A DNA stretch of 46,313 nucleotides, taken from NCBI RefSeq assembly GCF_004010195.1, contig NC_057719.1:36943417-36989729 (forward strand), read 5' to 3'. The position numbers were made by a program, and so were the translations under genes. Under the pieces are notes generated by a model that did not search any database, was not told the DNA's origin, and saw only the letters and a list, made by a program, of their open reading frames with translations. Source of the stretch: Chiloscyllium plagiosum (Eukaryota). Positions within the stretch are counted from its first letter, which is position 1; every line of letters begins with the position of its first letter. This document shows, one piece after another, positions 38,361 to 46,313 of this stretch.

Positions 38361-38917
38361 TAATATCATCAGTTTAATTGTTTCAAAGTTTGTTTTTATA
38401 AAACTGGCCTTCCTTCCAGTAAATCTTGGCTATGCCAAGATAACATATTAATTATTTTGTTGTAATTCAAGGGCAATGCAAAACGCATTCATTCAGAATC
38501 AAATGAACAACTAAAATATCTAAACGCTCCCACACACATTTAACCTCACTTAACAGCAAGGTGTGCAGACACTAAAGAATTTGATGCCAATAGAAATACA
38601 TTTGAAAGGATTACAGATCTCACTGGGAAATGTACATAATGTTTGAAATATAAATAGCTGCCCATGGAGATTGTGACTCAAGAAAGATTTGTGATCTCAT
38701 ACATAGAAAACATGCAGAGTTTTGGCATGCCTTGAAGTTAAAGTAGTGCACATCTCAATGAAATGCTTGAAAAGATACTGAAGGGGACAGCAAAAGGCAC
38801 AGTGGCTTTCTCCCACAAAGGGAAATAGTATTATATTATAAAAATCACATAGATGAAAATTATTTTCAAACTGAAATTTAGAGAATGACTCAAAATAATG
38901 TTTCATGATAAACTTAC

Positions 38918-38992
38918 AATGTTTCGGAAAATTGGTCAAGGTGTAGTGGGGAGGAGGAGGAGCAGGTGGGGAAGAGGGCACAGGAGTCCACA
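38918..38992 (-). CDS. Candidate proline-rich cassette exon of EVL
   Basis: gttgtttag|TG TGG ACT...AAA CAT T|GTAAGT; 75 nt, symmetric phase 1 matching the next exon; open frame xWTPVPSSPPAPPPPHYTLTNFPKH(Y). Confidence 0.55.
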
Positions 38993-39124
38993 CTAAACAA
39001 CACACTAAACTGAATATGTAAAAGTGAATATGGTGTGAAAATAATTAATGTGTCCTCATAAATATTTTCAGAACACAAAGGACTGGTGCAGGAGAGTCTT
39101 GCTGTGAGTATATCAAGCAGCAAT

Positions 39125-40608
39125 TTGCAAGGATCTGTATCCCTTTGCTCCTTGACCATTCATGTATCTGTCTGGATACATCTTAAATGATGCTATTGTG
39201 CCCGCCTCTACTACCTCTGCTGGCAATGCATTCCAGGTACCCACCACTTTCTGCATAAGAACTTTCCACGCATATATCCTTTAAACTTTTCCCCTCTCAC
39301 ATTGAACTCATGACCCCTAATAACTGAGTCCCCCACTTTGGGAAAAAGTTTCTTGCTATCCACCCTGTCTACACTGCTCATGATTTTGTAGACCTCAATT
39401 ACCCTCCAACCTCTGTCTTTCTAATGAAAATAATCCTAATCTATTCAACCTCTCTTCATAGCTAGCGACCTCCATACCATCAACATCCTGGTGAATCTCC
39501 TCTGTACCCTCTCCAAAGCATCCACACCCTTTTGTTAATGTGATGACCAGAACTGTACACAGTATTCCAAATGTGGGTGAACCAAAGTTCTATACAACTG
39601 TAACATGACCTGCCAATTCTTGTACTCAGTACCCCGTCTAATGAAGGAAAGCAAGCCGTATGTTTTCTTGACTACTCTATCGACCTGCATTTCCACCTTC
39701 AGGGTATAAAGGACCTAAACACCCAGATCTCTCTGTATATCAATTTTCTCCAGTGCTTTTCTATTTACTATATATTTAGCTCTAGAATTGGATCTTCCAA
39801 AATGCATCACCGCACATTTGCGCGGATTGAACACCATCTGCCATTTCTCCTCCCAACTCTCTAATCTATCTATATTTTGCTCCATTCTCTGACAGTCCCC
39901 TTCACTACCTGCTACTCCACTAATCTTGCTGTCATCTGCATGCGGCCTTCTAGGTCATTGTGTGTTGCCTTTTGAATGAATCCAAATTTTGCAACATGCA
40001 CAAAAAATGCTTTCTTGCTTTTCAACCACTTATTGCTGCGAATCTACATTCTCCTACTTAACCAAAATCAAGAGCCCTTAAGGTCACAAATGACGGATAC
40101 CCAGCTAGAGGATCAGCTAAAACTGCAAACCTCCATGCTGCAACCAAATATTCAAGTGCTTTCCGACAAAAAGAAGTCATAACAAAGTAATTAAAAGGTT
40201 AGTTAACTTTAGAATTAACATTTGTTTTCTTTTTTTTAGTTAGTTAGTACATAGTAGTTAGATTTTTACAAAATAATGTGAATTTTGAAGAATGTATAAC
40301 TGAAGTTTCTTGGATGCGGCCTTATTAGATTACAACTAACATAATGCGGCCTTCCAACACAATAAGGTTCCCCATCTCTGACCTATACCGTCCTCTAGAT
40401 CATTTATGTATATCACAAACAACGGTGTTCCCAGCACGGATCCCTGTTGAACACCACTGGCCACAGTTTTCCATTTTGGAAATTCCCTTCCATTACTACT
40501 GTCCCCTGCTGCCCAGCCAGCTCTCTACACATCTAGCTAGTACACCCTGGACCCCATGTGACTTCACCTTCTCCATCAGCCTACCATGCGGAACCTTATC
40601 AAACACCT
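39125..40608 (-). mobile_element. CR1 LINE (RT to near 3' end), interrupted by a hAT relic
   Basis: VFDKVPHGRLMEKVKSHGVQG, WQMVFNPRKCAVMHFGRSN and downstream ORF2 remnants. Confidence 0.88.
39941..40380 (+). mobile_element. Internally deleted hAT (Buster/Charlie/SPIN-like) DNA transposon; second copy at 42066-42495
   Basis: FSTTYCCESTFSYLTKIKTPL.SQMTDTQLEDQLKLQTSTLQPNIQVL (hAT dimerisation domain, read in copy 2). Right TIR aggttccccatctctg. Repeated subterminal atgcggcct motifs. Confidence 0.8.
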
Positions 40609-41158
40609 NNNNNNNNNNNNNNNNNNNNNNNNNNNNNNNNNNNNNNNNNNNNNNNNNNNNNNNNNNNNNNNNNNNNNNNNNNNNNNNNNNNNNNNNNNNN
40701 NNNNNNNNNNNNNNNNNNNNNNNNNNNNNNNNNNNNNNNNNNNNNNNNNNNNNNNNNNNNNNNNNNNNNNNNNNNNNNNNNNNNNNNNNNNNNNNNNNNN
40801 NNNNNNNNNNNNNNNNNNNNNNNNNNNNNNNNNNNNNNNNNNNNNNNNNNNNNNNNNNNNNNNNNNNNNNNNNNNNNNNNNNNNNNNNNNNNNNNNNNNN
40901 NNNNNNNNNNNNNNNNNNNNNNNNNNNNNNNNNNNNNNNNNNNNNNNNNNNNNNNNNNNNNNNNNNNNNNNNNNNNNNNNNNNNNNNNNNNNNNNNNNNN
41001 NNNNNNNNNNNNNNNNNNNNNNNNNNNNNNNNNNNNNNNNNNNNNNNNNNNNNNNNNNNNNNNNNNNNNNNNNNNNNNNNNNNNNNNNNNNNNNNNNNNN
41101 NNNNNNNNNNNNNNNNNNNNNNNNNNNNNNNNNNNNNNNNNNNNNNNNNNNNNNNNNN
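40609..41158. other. Assembly gap (550 N)
   Basis: Run of N. Confidence 1.
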
Positions 41159-41660
41159 ACAAGGGTACCACATTTGCTATCCTCCAGTCTTCTGGGACTA
41201 CTCCTGTAGACAAAGAGGACATAAAAATCAAGGCCAATGGCTCTGCAATCTCCTCCCTTGCCTCCCAGAGGATCCTAGGGTAAATGCCATCAGGCCCAGG
41301 GGACTTATCTATTTTCACCTTTTCCAGGATTTCCAACACCTCTTCTCTACATACCTCAAAGCCATCCATTCTACTTATTTGTGCCTCAGTATTCTCATCG
41401 ACAACAATGCCCTGTTCCTGAGTGAATACTGAAGAAAAGTATTCATTCAGTGTCTCCCCAATCTCTTCCGCCTCCACACGCAACTTCCCCCTACTATCCT
41501 TGACTGGACCTATTCCTACCCTAGTCATTCTTTTATTCCTAACATACCTATAGAAAGCCTTAGGGTTTTCCCTAATCCTATCTACTAAGGACCTTTCATG
41601 TCCCCTCCTTGCTGCTTTTAGCTCTCTCTTCAGGTCCTTCCTGGCTACCCTATAACTCTC
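41159..41660 (-). mobile_element. Young CR1 ORF2 segment (open frame), different subfamily from its neighbours
   Basis: IRENPKAFYRYVRNKRMTRVGIGPVKD...KSPGPDGIYPRILWEAREEIAEPLALIF...VPEDWRIANVVPL. Confidence 0.92.
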
Positions 41661-43110
41661 AATGTGATGACCAGAACTGTACACAGTATTCCAAATGTGG
41701 GTGAACCAAAGTTCTATACAACTGTAACATGACCTGCCAATTCTTGTACTCAGTACCCCGTCTAGTGAAGGAAAGCAAGCCGTATATCTTCTTGACTACT
41801 CTATCGACCTGCATTGCCACCTTCAGGGTATAAAGGACCTAAACATCCAGATCTCTCTGTCTATCAATTTTCTCCAGTGCTTTTCTATTTACTATATATT
41901 TAGCTCTAGAATTGGATCTTCCAAAATGCATCACCGCACATTTGCGCGGATTGAACACCATCTGCCATTTCTCCTCCCAACTCTCTAATCTATCTATATT
42001 TTGCTCCATTCTCTGACAGTCCCCTTCACTACCTGCTACTCCACTAAATCTTGCTGTCATCTGCATGCGGCCTTCTAGGTCATTGTGTGTTGCCTTTTGA
42101 ATGAATCTAAATGTTGCAACATGCACAAAAAATGCTTTCTTGCTTTTCAACCACTTATTGCTGCGAATCTACATTCTCCTACTTAACCAAAATCAAGACA
42201 CCCTTAGGGTCACAAATGACGGATACCCAGCTAGAGGATCAGCTAAAACTGCAGACCTCCACGCTGCAACCAAATATTCAAGTGCTTTCCTACAAAAAGA
42301 AGTCATAACAAAGTAATTAAAAGGTTAGTTAACTTTAGAATTAGCATTTTTTTCTTTTTTTTAGTTAGTTAGTACATAATAGTTAGATTTTTACAAAATA
42401 ATGTGAATGTATAACTGAAGTTTCTTGGATGCGACCTTATTAGATTACAACTAACATAATGCGGCCTTCCAACACAATAAGGTTCCCCATCTCTGACCTA
42501 TACCGTCCTCTAGATCATTTATGTATATCACAAACAATGGTGTTCCCAGCACGGATCCCTGTTGAACACCACTGGCCACAGTTTTCCATTTTGGAAATTC
42601 CCTTCCATTACTACTGTCCCCTGCTGCCCAGCCAGCTCTCTACACATCTAGCTAGTACACCCTGGACCCCATGTGACTTCACCTTCTCCATCAGCCAACC
42701 ATGGGGAACCTTATCAAACACCTCACTGAAGTCCATGTAAATGACATCTACAGCCCTTCCCTCATCAATCAACTTTGTCACTTCCTCAAAGAATTCTATT
42801 AAGTTGGTAAGACCTTCCCTGCACAAAACCATGCTGCCTATCACTGATAAGCCCATTTTCTTCCGAATGTAAATAGACCTTATCCCTCACTACCTTCTCC
42901 AGCAGCTTCCCTAACACTTACGTCAGGCTCACTGGTCTCTAATTATCTGGATTATCCCTGTTGCCCTTCTTAAACAAGGGGACAACATCAGCGATTCTCC
43001 AGTCCTCCGGGACCTCACCCATGTTCAAGGATGCTGCAAAGATATCTATTAAGGCCCCAGCTATTGCCTCTCTCACTTCCGCCAGTAAGGTGGGATAGAT
43101 CCCATTCAGG
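41661..43110 (-). mobile_element. CR1 LINE copy B (5'-truncated at ~43110) with the hAT insertion
   Basis: GIYPTLLAEVREAIAGAL...VPEDWRIADVVPLFKKGNRDNPDN; LTNLIEFFEEVTKLIDEGRAVDVIYMDFS. Confidence 0.9.
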
Positions 43111-43445
43111 ATGGGATGGAATGTACATAGGATGTTGCCTCTGGCTGTGGAAGGGGGAGGCATCTAGGACCGGGGCACACTGTTGAGGATAAGGAGCAAG
43201 CCAATTAGGACCGAGATCAAGAGGAATTTTGCAGTCAGGTGTTAGTGAATCCTGACCAGATAGCTGTGCCAGCCCAGTCATTGAGTGTGTTTTTAATTGA
43301 GATCCATAGGTGTCTACACCTTGTTAACAACAAAGTATTTGGGGATAGTGTGGAATATCAGCTTTGAGGTAGACAGTCAGTCAGTCATCTAGAACAGCAG
43401 AGCAGGTGTGAGAGGCTGAATGGCCTATTCCTGTTCTGATGTTTG
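43110..43445 (+). mobile_element. Decayed CR1 3' fragment
   Basis: tctaggaccggggcacac...gaggaatttt..., with tail ggctgaatggcctattcctgttc. Confidence 0.7.
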
Positions 43446-43689
43446 TGTACTCATAAGACTTGAGCAACTGATAACCTGAGCAACATCAATGAGATTGACA
43501 TAAATGAAATAGAAGAGTTAAATGGGAAAGAAAAAACAGAATCAGAGTTGTAAAGTTCCGTTTTACACAAATAACAATCATTTATGGAACAGATTTTCAG
43601 CAGAATACTATTAAGAAATTGAGTGGAATATTTTAGAAAATAATTGCATGTCGTAATGAGGGGATTTTTAGGATTTCTCTGGATGGGCA

Positions 43690-44020
43690 TGATTTGGAGG
43701 TGCTGGTGTCAGACTGGGGTGTACAAAGTTAAAAATCACACAGCTCCAGGTTATAGTCCACAGGTTTATTTGGAAGCACTAGCTTTCGGAGCACTGCTCC
43801 TTCATCAGGTGGTTGCAGTGTGATGTAAAAGATGAGAGACCTAAACAACAGGTCTTTTCCAATATATAATTTCAGTTACATTACACTGTAAATTTTTGCT
43901 ATAAATTCTGTGTATTATGATCTTATACTCCACAACCACCTGATGAAGAAACAACGCTCCGAAAGCTATTGCTTCTAAATAAACCTGTTGGACTATAACC
44001 TGGTGTTGTGTGATTTTTAA
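43690..44020. mobile_element. Fold-back Penelope-derived element (same family as 8568-8804), 13-bp TSD
   Basis: TSD ctctggatgggca at 43677-43689 and 44021-44033. Inverted arms around a ~110-nt spacer. Intact hammerhead core on the minus strand at ~43777-43811. Confidence 0.85.
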
Positions 44021-44048
44021 CTCTGGATGGGCAGCTTACGGTGGGCTA

Positions 44049-44278
44049 AGGTAAAAACAATGACTGCAGATGCTGGAAACCAGACTCTGGATCAGTGGTG
44101 CTGGAAGAGCACAGGAGTTCAGGCAGCATCCAACGAGCAGTGAAATCGACATTTCAGGCAAAAGCCCTTCATCAGGAATAAAAGCTTTATTCCTAATGAA
44201 GGGCTTTTGCCCGAAACATCGATTTCGCTGCTCGTTGGATGCTGCCTGAACTGCTGTGCTCTTCTAGCACTACTAATC
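44049..44278. mobile_element. Fold-back Penelope-derived element (second family), 17-bp TSD
   Basis: TSD cagcttacggtgggcta (44032-44048) / cagcttatggtgggcta (44279-44295). Near-perfect palindrome centred at ~44183. ctgatgaagggcttttgcctgaaa on the minus strand. Confidence 0.85.
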
Positions 44279-44849
44279 CAGCTTATGGTGGGCTACATGA
44301 TCTTCCTCATTCATGAGTCTATTTTGATCCCCAACCACAGACCTCAGATGGTCTAAAAAAAAGCACAACCCTGCCCTCCATTACATAAATGGCTATAAAT
44401 TCAGTTGTGTATCATTCATGTTTTCAGAGCTGCAGGTGATGTTTCAGTTTCAAAACTGCATCCATGCTGTGTTCTTTCACTTCTCATGCTGGTAGTACAG
44501 GGTGCCCTTTCAGGCAATTTGTCAATGTGGGGCTGATAGCAGGAAAATGCACAGTAGATATTGTGACTTTAACAAACACTGATTTGACTTTAACAGTGCC
44601 ATTTTCAACCTTAATGCTCCAGTTAACTCTTATTCTCACAGAGCACAGCATCCAGTCAGCAGCAGGAGACATCACCACAATGAGAGGACCATCAAGCATT
44701 TTCAGGTTAGTTGTTGATCAGTTTCTGCTGCTTTGTGTGTGTGTGCTGTTTACACTGCAAACAGAAGTTAGTAAAGTTTACAAAAATGAGGAAGGAATTG
44801 ATTCTCATTTCAAAGACTTCATTCATGTCAGAAAAGCGCTTTTAAAAGG

Positions 44850-46313
44850 GTGAGGAACAGACAAAAGCAACACATAGTGAGGTCAGTGCAGGAGAGAGAG
44901 AGAAAGAGAGAGGGAAAGGAAGAGACCCACACTACTAACTGACACAGCAGTGAACCTGCGCAGTTACTGCCTTTGCTGTTTGAATTCATGTATCACTGGA
45001 CATCGAAGTGCATCCAGGAAAATGAACAAACAGTGAAATTCATAACTAATCTTGGAGGAGATTTGGGCGAGGTCACAGCACAGAAACAGATAAGTGAATA
45101 TTTTTAAGTGTGCCCTTACAGTAAGTCTGCAGTAGTGAGTATAGTGGATTCTTTCTTGATTATATGTTATATTGAGATATGTCTCTTGATTAAACTTAAA
45201 AATATAAGCCATTAGTATTAAGTTAGCCTGGAGCAGTGTTTTGTCGAGGAATAAGACAGTGCTATTTTCCGGGTCTGTAGATTGAAAGGAGCAAAAGTGG
45301 CCCTTAGTAGAGTGAGATGCTCTTCTTGTCAGATGTGGGAGTTTAGGGAGAGTTTACAGGTTACTGAGAATTTTATCTGCAATAAATGCCGTTGATTGCG
45401 GATCCTATCAGATCGAATGGATCGGTTAGAGAGACAGTTAGAGGCAATGAGGAATTTACAAGAGCTAGGGGATGTGATGGATGGCAGTTATAGGGAGGGA
45501 GAAAACTCACAGATGGGTTACGTTGATGGGTTAACTCCAAGAAAGGTAGGAGAGGGATGCAGGTGGTGCAGGAGTCTTCTGTGGCTATCCCCATTTCAAA
45601 CAGGTATGCTGTTTTGGAAAATGTAGGGGGTGATAGATTCTCAGGGGAGTGTAGCACGAACAGCCAAGTTTCTGGTATTCAGACTGGCTCTAATGTAATG
45701 AGAGGTATGTCGGGTTCCAAGTTATCGATTGTGTTAGGGGGACTCTCTAGTCTGAGGCACAGACAGACTTTTGTGTGGCCAGCAGCGAAAAATCAGAATG
45801 GTGTGTTGTCTCCCTGGTGCCAGAATCAAGGATGTCTCAGAGAGGGTGCAGAATGTTCTCAAGAGGGAGAGGGACCAGCAGGAAGTTTGGACACATTGGA
45901 ACAAATGACATAGGAAGGGAAGAGGATGAGATTCTGAAGGGAGAATATAGAGTTAGGCAGGAATTTAAAAAGGAGATCCTCAAGAGTAGTAATATCTGGA
46001 TTACTCCCAGTGCTGCGAGCTAGTGAGGGCAGGAATAGGAAATAGAGCAGATTAATGCATGGCTGAGGAGCTGCTGAATGGGAGAAGGATTCACATTTTG
46101 GATCATTGGAATCTCTTCTGGGGTAAAAGCGACCTTAACAATAAGGACAGATTGCACCTAAATTGGAAGGGGACTAATATACTGGCAGGGAGATTTGCTA
46201 GAACTGCTCGGGAGGATTTAAACTAGTAAAGTGGGGGGTGGGACCCAGGGAGATAGTGAGGAAAGAGATCAATCTGAGACTGGTACAGTTGAGAAAAGAA
46301 GTGAGTCAAACAG
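44850..46313 (+). mobile_element. CR1 LINE 5' region: 5' UTR plus disrupted ORF1 (zinc finger, coiled coil, SGNH esterase); runs off the window
   Basis: From 45297: VRCSSCQMWE...FICNKC..LRILSDRMDRLERQLEAM. Then IVLG/DSLV, VCCLPGARIKDV, HIGTNDIG and DRLHLNWKG, with stops and frameshifts, ending ~46226. Confidence 0.88.

Larger units (their letters stand above)
39537..42723. repeat. Near-identical direct duplication (39537-40608 vs 41661-42723) around the assembly gap
   Basis: The two segments align throughout, with scattered substitutions and small indels. Confidence 0.92.

Noticed and set aside
40344..41684. Long ORFs of 207-362 aa
   Set aside because: Artefacts of reading through the N gap; the real parts are CR1.
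44464..44853. 129-aa and 71-aa overlapping ORFs; searched here for the next upstream EVL exon
   Set aside because: No similarity to EVL and no convincing splice sites; that exon probably lies beyond the window.
26857..46313. Intronic miRNA (mammalian EVL hosts miR-342)
   Set aside because: No matching hairpin seen; the long hairpins here are Penelope-derived.
1..46313. CRISPR array or prokaryotic defence system
   Set aside because: Vertebrate intron-exon DNA; no regularly spaced repeats or operons.

Overview
Vertebrate genomic DNA, almost certainly a shark/elasmobranch (HE1-type SINEs, HER1/CR1 LINEs, Deu-domain SINE relics). Most entries in the ORF track are spurious or transposon-derived. 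Two genes converge tail-to-tail, as at human 14q32. On + is the last coding exon of DEGS2 (8341-8484). On - are the last five coding exons of EVL (Ena/VASP-like; 36630 down to 26819), including the alternatively spliced EVL-I-type exon. The rest is intronic/intergenic DNA rich in nested CR1, L2/CR1-group, Rex1/Babar and Penelope retroelements, SINEs, and Harbinger, hAT and Tigger relics, plus a 550-N gap flanked by a ~1.07-kb near-identical duplication. Most notable: (1) short fold-back Penelope-derived elements with long TSDs carry minimal hammerhead-ribozyme cores, one intact on the sense strand just downstream of the DEGS2 stop codon; (2) a candidate frame-preserving, proline-rich/PPxY cassette exon of EVL (38918-38992); (3) a candidate alternative EVL terminal exon (15660-15685 plus UTR). 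All calls were made by eye and repeat boundaries are approximate.
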